Source: Halocafeteria seosinensis (Eukaryota). From it: DNA of 64,000 nucleotides. How positions within the stretch are numbered: the stretch's first letter is position 1; the number at the start of each line of letters is the position of its first letter. The notes under the pieces were generated by a model. It saw only the letters and a list, made by a program, of their open reading frames with translations. It did no database searches and was not told where the DNA came from. A program made the translations under genes and the position numbers. Positions 1 through 12,867 of the stretch are shown here, one piece after another. The stretch covers positions 1 to 64,000 of the forward strand of contig LVLI01000255.1 in assembly GCA_001687465.1 (NCBI GenBank), written 5' to 3'.

Positions 1-69
1 GTGCTGTGTTCCCCCACGGCGCATGTCAGCAAGGCTGCAGGAACAGCGGGCCCGTCGCTGCTTAACACG

Positions 70-150
70 GGCGCTTACCGCTCCTCGTTAAGAGGATGTG
101 GTCAACTTCCCGGCCGGTGGGCTATCTGTCACATTTGTGTGTGTGTGTCC
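70..150. repeat. Dispersed repeat copy A (homologous to 13456-13520), hairpin followed by a (TG)n tail
   Basis: taccgctcctcgttaagaggatgtggtcaacttcccggccggtgggctatctgtcacat aligns by eye with taccgctcctcgctaagagattgcggccaatttcctggccagtgggctatgtgtcacat at about 13462-13520; followed by (tg)n. Confidence 0.75.
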
Positions 151-743
151 AGACACGGTTGAAAGAAAAAAAAATCGTCTTTGTGACATACTTTTCTGAC
201 TAGAGAATCACCACCACCTCATATTGAATTTGCGCTTACAATACTCTTTGTCCACTCTAAAATTTGCTAACACAAGTTCATTCTCAAATGTTCACTAAGA
301 ACTGAGTGGAATCCAATTGCAAGGAGCGACCCTCCTGACTGTGGGAAAGGTGTAACAAAACGAAACACAGTGAGTAATAAACTGAAGAGTAGTCAATCCA
401 TACAGAAGTACATAGAAATCCTGTTCAGCTGTTAGTTCAGTCGGTGGTTGTCAGTGGGCATGGCACCATGACCATGTACCACGTGGCAGAATCTTTTCAA
501 ACTGAATGTGCTTTATAAAACCATGAATCTGAACATTACCTAGACAATTTACCAAGTTGCGGTTGTGTAAAACATAATGCGATCTCGACTTAAACATGCC
601 TGAAGGCTCAAGCTGATTCCACTGCACTTGTGAACTTCATGAAACGAGTAGTATCACTTCAGTAAGTCCTCAACTGGCTGCCTTTCTGATTGATTGTATT
701 CGTTGTTGTCTCCAGTCTTTTCCTAGTTGAACAAGGACGAACA

Positions 744-2751
744 ATGATGCTGTGCTCGTCTAGTAGATTAGTTCGAGGCACCAGTTCGTTGGCCTATCGA
801 CAGATCGGTGCCGCTTCTCAAATTGCTGGGATCCAACACCCCAGATTCGCTCCTTCTTCCTATCCAGGGCTTGAAAGAGTAGCTTTCCCATCATCAGGCT
901 CCGTACGGACATTCTTTGGTTTAGGGAAATGGGCGTCACAAGAGGATGAAACGACGACTGATGTCGTGAACGAAGCCAAAGAACTCCATGAGAGTGTCCT
1001 GCGCCCTTTGAATTCCAAGTTCTTGGGGCCTTTAGAAAAGAGGTCAGACCAGATGATGCCGAAGCCCATGGTCTTTGTACTAGGCAATCACAGTAGTGGA
1101 AAGTCCACCTTCATCAATTATGTGGTCGGCAAGGATGTGCAGACAGCTGGAGTTGCCCCGACGGACGATAGCTTCAGCGTCGTTGTGCCGGGTAAAGAGG
1201 ATGTCGATCAAGATGGACCTGCCCTCGTTGGAGATCCAGAGCTAGGATTTGAAGGATTACGATCCTTCGGAGGATCGCTCATCAATCATGTTAATCTCAA
1301 GGTCCGCAAGGGTCTGAAAGTGGATGATATCATGCTGGTGGATAGTCCAGGTACGGCCAGTGCTAGGTTGGCAGACTACTCGATTTTCTTGGAGTGAGGA
1401 GTATCTTGCCTTTTACAGGAATGATTGACAGCCCTGTCTCTACTAGATCGGGAGGAGACTATTATGACAGAATTAGTACAAATGCTAGTCCTCGTGACCG
1501 CGGATACAATTTTCCAGGTGTTATCCGAGTGCGTGCGCTGAGTCGAGATATGATGTAGTGAAACCTTCCGTATGTACGTGCTGGCTTCGATGCAGTGGTT
1601 TGCTGAACGAGCGGATGTTATCTTGCTGTTTTTCGATCCTGACAAACCGGTACGTCAACTTGAGCGAGGGTTGCTTTGCTTTTTAGTCAACTGGTTGTTC
1701 ACGCTGTTATCACAGGGCACTACGGGGGAAACCCTAGCGTGCATGACCAATTCCCTTGTTGGTTTGGACCATAAGTTGCATATAATCATGAACAAAGTAT
1801 GTGACGAGTTTCAAGCTGCTATTAGACAGGAACCATTTTGTCATTTCTACACAGGTCGACCAATTTAGGACTGTTCACGACTTTGCACGGGCGTACGGAT
1901 CATTGTGTTGGAACTTGAGCAAGGTATCTGATACGCTGGAATTGTCGTTTGTGTGCCGTCTCTAATAGCCGCATTTGGGCATACTGCAGGTCATTCCCAG
2001 GAAGGATTTGCCTCGGATATATACAATGTGTCTTCCCTCGGAGCACAATAATTATGATACTGACTCCACTCAGTCTTACTGGAAAGATGGTAACTCCGAT
2101 CTGAAGGCTGCCCGGAAAGAAATAGTGAGAGAGGTATCCCGGGCTCCAATGAGAAGAGCGGATAACGTGATCACTAGGCTATATGACTCGGTCCGTTCTC
2201 TCAAAATGCATGTTGTCATGGTCAATGCCATCAGGCAGGAATACCGATCTACGTTGACATCCTGGGCTTTGTTTGGTGGATTGACTATGACTTCTAGTCT
2301 TTGTGGTAGCGCTCTTCTCTTTAATAGTGATTTGGTGGAAGCAGCTGTGACCGTAGGATCGGTAGGCATCTTGGGAACTGGCTTAGTCGCGTGGAAAGGA
2401 GTTGAGAGACTGCAAGCTATCACGAACAAGTATACTCAAGGAGAATCAGGGCTGGATGAAAAATTCCGTGACGTTCACCATACCTCCTTAGCCGAGCAAG
2501 ATGATTTTGTCATCAGCATTTGGGAGATGGTGAAGCCCCAATTACAACGAACACTGCAACTGTTTTCTTTTAGAAGTCTCCCCCGCCTAAAGTCGTCGGA
2601 ACTACAAGCTTTAGATGACATTCTAGAGACTAGCGTGCCAAGACTCCGAAGACACGCTTCTCGGTCCGCAAGTTTTAACGAAGCCGAGGCAGAAAACAAG
2701 GCGACGCAGATTATCGAAGCGAATGAGCAAGAATCGGAAAAGAAATCGTAG
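744..2751 (+). CDS. EHD/sarcalumenin-class dynamin-superfamily GTPase with N-terminal mitochondrial-type presequence and two C-terminal TM helices (multi-exon)
   Basis: P-loop GNHSSGKS, TAGVAPTDD, DSPG|MID, RDRGYNF, WFAERADVILLFFDPDKP, NK-D motif; ORFs 690-1397, 1572-1868 and 1975-2751 joined by GT-AG introns (e.g. 1351-1418, 1529-1595); R/S-rich, acid-poor N-terminus; hydrophobic WALFGG...LLF and AAVTVG...VAW. Confidence 0.85.
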
Positions 2752-2883
2752 CTAGCATCGGTTTCGACAAGGTCTCAATGGGTCCTTACGCCAGCATAGT
2801 GAATCATGGATGCATGACAAGTCTTCCAGTGTGCAGCGGCATGGGCTGATAGATTAAAAATCGCGCTTTTTTAACGCTGTGTT

Positions 2884-3435
2884 TTATTCTTCTCTCCCAG
2901 CTTTGATGTGATCGTTCTCGCGGAGAAATTTGGGAGAATAAGTAACAGGTTGTCTGTCTAGTTTGGCAGCAACAATGAAGTCATTGTCAGTCAAGCCACC
3001 GAGCGCATGGGTGCTTAACTTGACCGACACATTTCTGTATCCGTAGATCGATAGATCAGGATGATGCTGCGAACATGTAGGATAGAATAGAGTAGAGGAG
3101 GCAAGTGGTGACAAATGTACAACTGCTTCTCTTGTTGACTTACCCCAGCTTCTTCCGCCACTTGGCCGTATTTGTTGACGGCATCCAGGGCGCATTGGAA
3201 ATTTTTCGCCACAAATTTGCGTTCAATGGCCTTCCCATCGTCCATCAACTCCCAGCTGTGAGAAATCATTCGTCCGTACAGTCTCAAGAGCTACAATATC
3301 TCCGTCATGACCGACTTACCTTGGACAGATTTGCTGTTTGCAGTGTTCAATTTGTTCTTGAGGCAGCAATTCCAGCTCACTCCCCTCTTTTCCCACACAA
3401 GGGGAGCATTTCTGGGCATGTAGTGGCTCACTCAT
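2884..3435 (-). CDS. PCBD: Pterin-4-alpha-carbinolamine dehydratase (PCD/PhhB family), 3 exons
   Basis: KCSPC..., IERKFVAKNFQCALDAVN..GQVAEEAG|HHPDL...STHALGGLTDNDFIVAAKLD; the start may lie further upstream. Confidence 0.9.
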
Positions 3436-3691
3436 ATTTCTTTGTGTGCTTGGCCGAATATGCTCACCAACGAACAGACGCGTGCCTGGTAGCGCATGGA
3501 ACAACCCAAATCGACGACGTGCTATCACCTTCACACCCAAGTTCACAGGCTGAATATCTGCGGTGAGAAGCAGTTATACCCTGAGGATACTGTAGCGACC
3601 AGTACAATGCTGGAATGAGAATGATAGGCGTGGCACGACCAAACGTAACACTGTTGTTGGTATTACATTTTGTACATTGATCGTTTAAGAT

Positions 3692-6329
3692 TCATGAAGA
3701 ACCAGCAAGAGCGCAATCGTCCGCAGCTCGGTTTGCAACAGTCTCGATGTCATACATCCAATCAAGCATAGCGCTATTAGACTTGGCCCGCAGTAGGTAC
3801 TTAGATGTGTTCGAGAACACGAACATGCTGGAGAATACGGTTCCTACTTCAAACGCCGCTTTGTCTACATCAGGCCGAAAGTTCAGGATTAACTTCGCTG
3901 AAGAACGGCCCTGCGATTTCAAAGACACTGCTTTAGAAAGGTAAAGAAGTAATGCCGGGGGAGTATGCGCTTTCTTAGCCTGTTCCAGCGCAGGATCATT
4001 TGCAAGCTCTTCGATTCTGTTTGTGCTTTCACCAACGGCGGACCGATCCTGTGGATCCGTAGCATATCCTTCACCACCCTCGGGAAACACTGGAGCCGGC
4101 TGCGGACACGCTTGCGAGGACAATAGGGTCGAGCATGTCGCTAGATCTTCCGTCTCACTAAATAGATACAATACGCCTGTTCGCGCAAGAACAGCGGTCA
4201 CCGGTTCCCACCGTTGCATTACACTACCCGTTCTTCTCTCAAGGCGGCCCCAGCGGTACACCAACGGAACCAGGAGGGGTGATTTGATCGGAGACGGCTC
4301 GGTCTGAAGTATCTCTCCAATATCGGGGTCTGACGAATCACTCACTTCTTGTGGCATGTTGTCCCGTATAAAATTTTGAACGTACCGATGAATATACTCT
4401 TTGAAGTCTTCATGAGTCTTAATCTGCTGTATGGCTTGCTTGGCACCCGCGCAGTTGACACCGAGTACACCATGATGCTGATCCATCCACTTGAGGTACC
4501 GATCGAACGCCTCATGCAATGCAACCGCTCTTTTCTTTTCGGCTTGGCGGAACTCTTCGAACATCGAAGACATTTGGCGCATAAAGCTACGTTTCGTTTG
4601 CAGGAGACATCGTAGACATCTGGAGTATCTCAAAAAAGCGAGGAACACCTCCGTATTGTCATCACCGATGATTGAACCAGCTACTTTTGCTGCCTTTTGA
4701 GCAAACTCTGCGTAGGTGGATTGGGTTGCCTTGGATCTAGAATCAGCTTGCACTCGTCCAAGTTCGGGGTCACTACTTGCTCGGCTACCTTCATTTCCGT
4801 TCGAGACAGCGGATGCTATAGCAACATGGAGGTTGTGTGCCGATGTGCGGAACTGTTGATACGCGTCTGTACATAAACGATTAACTTGGAGTAGCAGGTC
4901 GGAAATTTCATCTCCTTTGTTCATGATGTGGTTCACGTTTTCTCGGTATTCATTGCGCATCGTCAAAAGAAGGCCTTTCTTAGATTCTTTACCTTTTTTT
5001 CTGTCTTTCTTGGGGGCAAATTTCTTTGGTTCTTCCCATGGTCTGCTAGCGAGAAATAAATGTTTTTTCTGTGACTTGCTGGAGCTTGAGCTACCACAGT
5101 TACTTTCAGTACCTTCAACGCCATCAGATATGGAAGCTTCCAGCTCCTCAGGCACACCGAAAAAGTCGTGTCTTAGTTGCTTTGCAATGCGTCGAAGACC
5201 ACGTGAAAGCTGTTTGTGTACATCCGACACCATATGCGTTGCTCGGTATAATGATGAGACTTGATCAGGAGGCGGTTCGAGCTCCACTGGTTTCGCACGA
5301 GCGGAATACGTACTGGAAGTCGCTGAGGATGATGACGCACCATCACGTGTCTCCGAAGACCCGGAAGATTCCTCTTGGATCCAATACTTGTCCCATCTCA
5401 TAGGTTCTCCAGTGGAATCGATGAGGTTAGCTAACTTGTCATCAACAAGAGAACGTTGCCAGAAGAACTCTAGAATGCGATCATTGGTCTCGTAAGCTTC
5501 ATGTATAAAACGTTCCCAACCACGCCAATAGGCCACCAAGATTTGGTCCTGTCTCGCCCCGAACCTCAATCGCTCACTTTCATATTCGTTGACAACATCT
5601 TCGGTCTTCTGAAGAGCAGCTTGGAAAGCGACAGCAAACTCAGTATTTGAGCGATACGCCTTTGCTTGTAAACTTCGGTAGAACTGATCGCGGCTCCCAT
5701 CCGAGGCGTCGTCGGGTAAGACACTCGTCGAGCTAACACTTGGGGGAAGCGCCGATCTATGTTCCACTGCAAAATCATTCAAGCATACCCAGAGTTGCTG
5801 GCTGCATCTCTTGAGAAACCTAACAAACGTAGTGATATAGCGTACCATTGTTATTCGCGGCTGCTTCAGCTTCACCCGTCCCATCAGGCGCTTGGGTGGT
5901 TTCTTGAGCTTCGTCGGTTTGCTGTCCAGTCGAAGTTGCAGCCACTGCGGCACTTGTTCCTTCTAAACCAGTGGGGGACGGGTCCCCGTGTCCGTGTGTG
6001 TGTGTTTCTTCTTCCTCTCGCTCTTCCTCTTCTTTGCCCTGCTGTTCAGTCGATGGAGAAAATTTTGCTGCCCCAACAGGTCCTTGCTGCTGCATCTGCT
6101 GTTGAGAGTTAATCTGTCCGCCTTCTTCCTCCTCTTCTTCCCGCTGTTCCCTTGGTGTTGCTGCCTCCGTATCGGCTGAAGCTCCTGTGGATGCACTCGT
6201 CTTGCCCTGGGTTTGGTCTTCTTTCGAAGCACCTGGGCCTATACCTGTATCAGCAGAGTCATTGCTAACAGATGCAGCGCTAGCACCACCTTTTCCTCTC
6301 TTATTGCGCTTCTTTTTGTTACTGGGCAT
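3692..6329 (-). CDS. Coiled-coil (F-BAR-like) + C-terminal PH domain protein
   Basis: MPSNKKKR start at 6329; intron 5845-5767 restores frame into the 753-aa ORF; PH signature RWGRLERRTGSVMQRWE...GVLYLF...YLLRAKSNSAMLDWMYDI; long helical middle region. Confidence 0.7.
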
Positions 6330-7912
6330 TGTATCAGTGGTATAGATAGAGGGGAACAATGAATGGAATGGAATCAGCCAATGTTCGATAATACAGGAAG
6401 AAGCAAACAACCAGGTTGACAAGAACAACAATGACAGCTCGAGACGATGGATTATGGGAGACTCTTGTTAATCATCCCTCTGAAACTTCGGTCTATTGAG
6501 TACGTTATTCACACTAAAGAGCACAGTGTACCAGAGAACCTATACTGCAAGTTCAATCGGTCTTTAGTAAAAGTACAACGTGTACTTGTTGTAACATAGT
6601 GTAAACTGTGTATTCAACTCCCTTCAACTACTGTATACTAAATACCCATTACTCGAGTCTACGCCTCTTCTCATATACTGTATAGGGCATCAATAAATGC
6701 AGCCACCTACGTGACATTCCACACTTGTTCCTTGGCGTTACAGCTTGCTTAGATTAGAACGCCTATCATGCAGCTCTTTCAAAAAGGTGAGCGCTTTCGA
6801 GCTCATTCCTCCATATGGTAGGCTTGGTGGATGAAGGGAACAAAGAGTTTTTCTGCATCCGCTACCATACCAGCTTTGCGACATCAAAACTGACAGTGAT
6901 GTCAGGATCGCGTTACAACAGCTTGTATCCTCTGTTGTCTCGCTCCATAGGCGATTTTCCTTGGGCATCCAGTATGAAATTTACCACAAATCGAAGACTA
7001 GCCTCCTTCTAAGCGGCACGTAGTGTGGACACTGTGTGGACCACTTCAGAAGTGACACTTCTGACTTTCTTGTGAATGTGATGTGAATGTCACAGCCATC
7101 TCTTCCGGATGAAACAAGTGAATGCAACGAGCAGAAACATGAAGGTTTCAAACCACCAATGCGTATATATTCCCCAGTGACATACCCAGAGAACGAGAAA
7201 CGATACTATCCATGCGGCATGAAGTCTCTCCCCGGGCTCTGGCCCACTGAGTAGGCTTTGCCGTACGGCGTACACCCATCCGAGTGTATAAATATGTTTA
7301 AGACCATTCTGAGTGGTGTACAATGTTGTATCCCATATAACGCCATTCAGTCATGGTGAACTTTGATTGGGGACCGATATGTACAGAATGGGTCAAATCA
7401 GGATTCCACTTCCAATGGAATTCCTATGTAGGGCCAACTATTTCGAAGTAAGAAGTTGCTTTTCTTAGCCTAGCCATCATTATGAACTTTTCTCTGATAC
7501 TCACTAGTGAGTCTCTACATTTATTGTATGCTCACTTCGGACGAACCGAAGCTGAGAACACAACCTGAGAACACTTGATACAAGCGGCTCATGAAGTTCG
7601 GCGCCCGCCGTCCCCTTTGGGCTGAATCGCCCCGTCAGGTGATAAGTCAAGTATTCGGCGATACCCCTCCGAGCTGAAGCCTACAGCCTGCGGGCCTGAC
7701 CGGAAGTTTCAAAGTCACAAAGTTTCAAGTACGGTACCTAACTAGGTTCAAGACTTGAAGTTCAAGTTTCAGCCGTGACTTCAACTTCAACCGTTAGGCA
7801 GACAGTGTAGTTAGAATAATGCCGTGGGCATTCTGTGGTGTTATTGATTGTTTGTATACGTACACGTATAGCTTGGCCCTGTGGTTGGCAAGGACGAGAA
7901 GAGGAAAGGAAA

Positions 7913-10158
7913 ATGAATAGCTCTGGTGTGGAAGCGAAAAACAGGGCTGCCGTGGCGAAAATCAAGGCGAAATTGCCTCGTTTCGACCCTAAAAAGTAGG
8001 GATTGAGAACCCTTGCGTGGCGTATCTCTTCAATACAATAACATCAAGTCTTGTTATCTGATCACAGGCAACAGCAGCAGCAACTACGGCCTTCATTGGG
8101 TCAAAATCAACCTCACAGCAGCAACCCCCCGGCGGCGAATGGGGACTATGTACGACAGCCTAGAGCTAGCGGTGAGTGATAAATGACTTCCTCCAACGCC
8201 TGGTTCCGTGTGTGACCGGCGATTGATCTGGCTATTGCAGCTGCTGGCATGGACGAGCAACAGCGCAAGGACGTGGAGGATTCCGAGTTTGCGACGGAAC
8301 GTGCGATGTTCCAACAAGTAGGTCGCGGTAAAGTGGAAGAAACTACACTAATTTTTGACGTTCAGTATCCGCTGCAGTTAATGGGAAACGGCGATAGGAG
8401 AAGCGGCAAAGGAGGAGAGACAAAAGATAACCCCCCTACGAGTAATCGAGGATCCGTCAGTGAGTCGAGTCTGATCACACAAATGTCGGCACGGCTGAAA
8501 GTCTTGGAGAAAAGTCAACGAGAGATGAGGTACGCCACGGAGGTAATGGCTTACGTTGCGTGGTGCTTGTATCAGGAAACGGTTTCTACATCCAGAGATG
8601 AGTTGATCAAGAAGGAAAAAAAGCTACTGAACGCTCAAAGGAAACAAGAAGCTGCCGAAGCAGCATTGAAAGATGACGACGAGGTTGTACGTGTGCTCTA
8701 CTAGCGACTTCATTCCTTGTAACGAATACATTATTTGGTTTCTATTTTTTACAGGCATCTGAAATAGCTTCGCTGAGGGCTGAAAACAATCAACTTCGAT
8801 CACAGGTCTACGAGATGGAGACTTTCTTAAATGATTACGGCCTTATATGGGTCGGTAAAGGATCTAATCGTAGGCCCGGAGCTGGAGAAGACTCTGAGGA
8901 CGACGAGGAAGAAGAGGATGAATTCAATTCCAGAATGCCTTACCGGGTAAGTAGCACTCCGAATCCTTGAAAAAGTAAGCTCTGGGTTAGAACCGGGATC
9001 TCAACCCATCTGCAGCTCGAATTTGACGTGATCAAGAAGAGAATAGAAGAACTCAATGCCTTGGCAGGTGAAGGACAGAAAAAAGTGGTACACAATAAAG
9101 CAGGTGTCGGTGCCCAACTCGCGGAGACAGATACACTCCCGTTGACATTATATAAGGATGGGTTCATGTTGCGACGTGGACCGTTCCGACTATACGACAC
9201 CGAGAGTGCTGAAGCATTCTTTACGGTATGGTTAGAAAACAAAAACGTTCGCAATCATGGTGTTTTTCTTGAGGGAAAACTGTGTTTGGTTACAGGATGT
9301 AATGGACGGCTACTTTCCTTACGAATTGAAGGATGAGTTTCCCGAGGGAGTTGTTTTCAAATTGTTCGACAAGAGTGATAAGAAGTTTGAAGAAACGGGG
9401 GACAAGGCAGTGAACAAGTGTCAATTCAGTGCATTCAATGGAGAGGGGCAAAGGCTTGGGGGAGAAAGTGCTCAACGCCCTGCTTCTGGCAACTACCGGG
9501 ATGCTCCTAGCAATGTAAAAAGCCTTGCACAAGTGGGAGATCCATCCATTGCCCTCTCTTCGAGGGATTTCTTGAACAGGCTTCCAACGAATGTCGTCCG
9601 GAATGGAAATGTAGTTGGAATACGATCCGAGGTTTCCAGCTTCATGCACGGTGGCAAAAAAGACTCTGGGGTGATAGTTGTCGAAACTCCAGTTGTGAAG
9701 GGCATGCAAGGTAATGCCCCGGCTGCTCGCGGCTCGGAAACTGATGGAAATTCGGAAGAAGAGAAAGGAGATGGGAACCAGCTCTCACATCATGATACCT
9801 TTAGGGTTCCTGCTTCTGGAGAAGAGCAGCGACCTGTAACCCCGCATGACGTTGCCACGATCCAGGTCCGGTCGGACTCGGGACGGCAGGTACTCGTAAT
9901 CAAGCTCCGTTTTGATGACACGGTAGGAGATCTGAAACGATACATTGATCTCCATCGGTAAGTTGCGTTTCGTATTTCGGGAATCTCTTTCAGTGGTTGC
10001 GACATTCTCCCATATGCAGAAACAAAGAAACCCCTTACGAAATCAGGACGGCATTTCCCGCCAAAGCTTACACAACCCCAGAAAACACTCTGCGTCATGA
10101 AGGTCTCGTGCCCAATGCAACGGTTATGCTTCGTCCGGTAGGGAATGATGATCAATGA
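7913..10158 (+). CDS. UBXN11: UBXN11-like p97 cofactor (coiled coil + SEP + UBX), multi-exon
   Basis: EMETFLNDYGLIWVG; SEP region LTLYKDGFMLRRGPFRLY...DVMDGYFPYELKDEFPEGV; UBX region TIQVRSDSG...DTVGDLKRYI|YEIRTAFP...LVPNATVML; splice phases consistent from ATG 7913. Confidence 0.85.
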
Positions 10159-10677
10159 AGAGCTGCAAAGCCATGGAACATGTTGCAACGTATCGCAAAA
10201 CTTGAAGAAAGCGACCAGACGAAACGCTGGTAAGGAGGGTTGCCCAACGGAATAAACCTACATAATGTTCGGAATTCCGAGTGCCCCATACGATGAATTA
10301 GTGCTGTATTCTTGTGTGATTTGCGAATGCCAATATTCCTCCAGGTGTTTTATGCACAATAGTGTGGCCCCCGATGGGGCGCCTAAGTAGCTCAACTACT
10401 GCGGGCAACATTTTCCTGAGAGGAGGCCTTTTAGTCTCTCCTCATCGACGTACCCTTGATAGAACGAGAGTTGAGTTGTTGTAGGAAACAATATCGTCAC
10501 ACAAGGGTCTAACGACATTGCGCATGGGTCTGCAGTTTTTGAAATCACCCATCGGTGGACTTAAGACTTCTCAGTTCTCGATTTCCCGAGTTATTCATTG
10601 TCACCACTTGAACGTCGCAGTAGGTTTCCCCCTAAGGACCCCCTTTACCAGGTGTGAAACAATGAATGCAAGGAGGG

Positions 10678-12867
10678 TCATCTTTTGTTCGCCTGCTTTA
10701 AAGACTGTGGAAGAAGCATTTGAAGATACTGAGCGCGTCGGCTGGATGAAATGCTTTGCCAGGACTCGAATGGAAGGAGAACAAACGTCCAGCGAGCATT
10801 CTCCAAAATTTTCTGTTTCAATCGTGTTGGAGGCAACGGAACTCCAGTCCTGGCGCGGTAGTACGAAATCTCCGCTGCTTCGATTCCTCGAGTCTCCTGG
10901 GACTTCTTCAAAGTCGGAGGCAGGAGATGTGTTATGAGCTGGTCCTCTTTGCGTCCTCTTATAGAGACAATATCTTGCGACGATTTTACTTCAGGCGCTG
11001 TGTTTGAACGTTGACTCGTTTGTCGCTTCGTCGCTGTTAGTGACAGCTGCGATAAATTGGCTCTTCCTGTTCCTAGCAAAGCTATCGGGTCGAAGCCTTC
11101 CAGACTCCCTCCAGACTGGCGCTGAAGCCAGGCTTGACGTTCCTGTTCTTTCCGAGCATCACTTCGTGATGAAATCCATTCAATGTTTGCGCCAGGTGCA
11201 ATGGGTTTGAAGCACCTATGTGCTGCATCCACATCTACGCCAACCTTATTTAATGGCCAGACCAACGCACACTTGAGACCTGCCACCGTTTCTTGGTCGA
11301 AGTAGACTGGTTTAAAATTCCCCACTTGGAGCATTTTCAGCATGACATTTTTCTGGTAAGTTGTCACTTTGCGTGGGGACATGAGCTTATACAGATGACT
11401 AGATGAATCTCGGAGCCGTTTTTCATCAATTCGTTCCCACGCTTCTGCCGGCAGATGACTTGCATATTTCAAACTTAGGCGAATGATGTGAATCCTTGCT
11501 AGCGCTGCTTTCAGAGATCTCTCTGATACTTCTCCCGAAATAGAAATATCCAATGAATCATCTTGTGCGATGAGACCTAGGTTTGTAATGAAACCATCCT
11601 TTGCAAATTCTCGAATAGCGTTTTGTCGTTCTTCCAGCTCTTCATCAACACTGCTTCTTGCAAGCGTTCGTGCCTCGGCATAGTATTCCTCCCATGTTCC
11701 GTGAACGCGATTCCCATTTCCAGAGGACTCCTCGGTGTCCGTATCCTCGAACATGTCATCGTCACCCCACGGTTCTGTCGCCATTGATTTTGACCAAACC
11801 TTAGTTGCAATAGCATCGTAGGCACTAACCTCATCATCATTAGGATCGCCAGTGTCTTTGCTATCCTCATTGGTGTTTGTACCAGTCTCTTGGTTGCCTT
11901 GGAGTTGCTCTAGCAACACGTGAGTCGCCGAGTTCCAAAACTCGCCGAGGGACTCGTCTTGGAGGAGTCCGGGATGCTGATGTGCCTCGTCTGGTTCTGG
12001 CCAAAAGCGGGCAATACATAGTGAACGACATAATCGAGAGAGATCACTGAGAGTGATTTCTCTGAGACAGTCGTTCGAAAACTTTCCACATGTCCGAAAG
12101 AGGTTTCCGTAAGACAAAAGCAGCTGGTCGCTAAACATCCCTATAGTTACCAGTGTTTCTAGTGTCGGGACCAGAGTTCTGAATACAGTTTCTTTGCGCA
12201 ACATTTGATTCCACTTTTCACGTGCATCTTCGGACTTCGTCTTTGGCTGTAACAGCCTCTGTAACATGGTGTCGATTTTTCGAAACACGGTGGCGTGTAG
12301 CGCAGTAACTTGGTCCAACCTGGACAAGGCTTTTACCAGCAACTGCAAACAGCTTGAAAACCCTTGCACAGCTTCTTGGGTCATGGGTTCCACTGTATCG
12401 TAGTAGTATGCCTTTTCGGCGGGAGTACGGGCCAAAGTGGGCCAATACCGTAGAGGAGCATTTAGAAGCTGAGAGAGCAAAGCATCCAAATGCAGTACCA
12501 ACGCACCAAATCGAGCCATGTGCTTGCTGCTCCTAGTAGCGTGACGGGTGACCAATTCCAGTGTCCATGCTGTCTCCATGAGCCCGAAATAAGGCGGTCC
12601 AGCCATTTGAAATACCTCGAGGGCCATCTTAGCGGGATCATCGCTGCCAGAACGCGCTTTAATGAGCGCTTGACGCACATATTCGGCTCTTTCTTGCACT
12701 CCCTCATGTCCTGTCGAAAACATGCACACTCTTTGCACCGAAGGACGGTCACCACAAGGACAAGTCCACGGCCAGAGCATTGACACGGGCTTCCTCCTCA
12801 CCCGTGGGGATACTCGCCGTCGCCATATCCTACAACCATTACTGCTGCACGAGCACCGTCTCCACAT
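10678..12867 (-). CDS. RAP-domain (FASTK-like) helical protein, probably mitochondrial
   Basis: C-terminal RAP motif YYRA...PPTRLKQKILENARWTFVLLPFESWQSI....RAQYL; Arg-rich presequence-like N-terminus; intronless 729 aa. Confidence 0.75.
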   Translation of the reverse strand: MWRRCSCSSNGCRIWRRRVSPRVRRKPVSMLWPWTCPCGDRPSVQRVCMFSTGHEGVQERAEYVRQALIKARSGSDDPAKMALEVFQMAGPPYFGLMETAWTLELVTRHATRSSKHMARFGALVLHLDALLSQLLNAPLRYWPTLARTPAEKAYYYDTVEPMTQEAVQGFSSCLQLLVKALSRLDQVTALHATVFRKIDTMLQRLLQPKTKSEDAREKWNQMLRKETVFRTLVPTLETLVTIGMFSDQLLLSYGNLFRTCGKFSNDCLREITLSDLSRLCRSLCIARFWPEPDEAHQHPGLLQDESLGEFWNSATHVLLEQLQGNQETGTNTNEDSKDTGDPNDDEVSAYDAIATKVWSKSMATEPWGDDDMFEDTDTEESSGNGNRVHGTWEEYYAEARTLARSSVDEELEERQNAIREFAKDGFITNLGLIAQDDSLDISISGEVSERSLKAALARIHIIRLSLKYASHLPAEAWERIDEKRLRDSSSHLYKLMSPRKVTTYQKNVMLKMLQVGNFKPVYFDQETVAGLKCALVWPLNKVGVDVDAAHRCFKPIAPGANIEWISSRSDARKEQERQAWLQRQSGGSLEGFDPIALLGTGRANLSQLSLTATKRQTSQRSNTAPEVKSSQDIVSIRGRKEDQLITHLLPPTLKKSQETRGIEAAEISYYRARTGVPLPPTRLKQKILENARWTFVLLPFESWQSISSSRRAQYLQMLLPQSLKQANKR

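Noticed and set aside
40..135. HDV-like ribozyme suggested by tcctcg in the dispersed repeat
   Set aside because: I could not build the P1/P3/P1.1 nested pseudoknot; the segment pairs as a simple hairpin
1376..2000. Stops between consecutive same-gene ORFs as an alternative genetic code or readthrough
   Set aside because: The stops checked fall inside canonical GT-AG introns whose removal restores the frame
7595..7710. GC-rich intergenic stretch as SRP, RNase P/MRP or snRNA
   Set aside because: Lacks the SRP helix-8 AGCAG motif, the P4 consensus and Sm/U-snRNA signatures; an Rfam scan would be needed to exclude it fully
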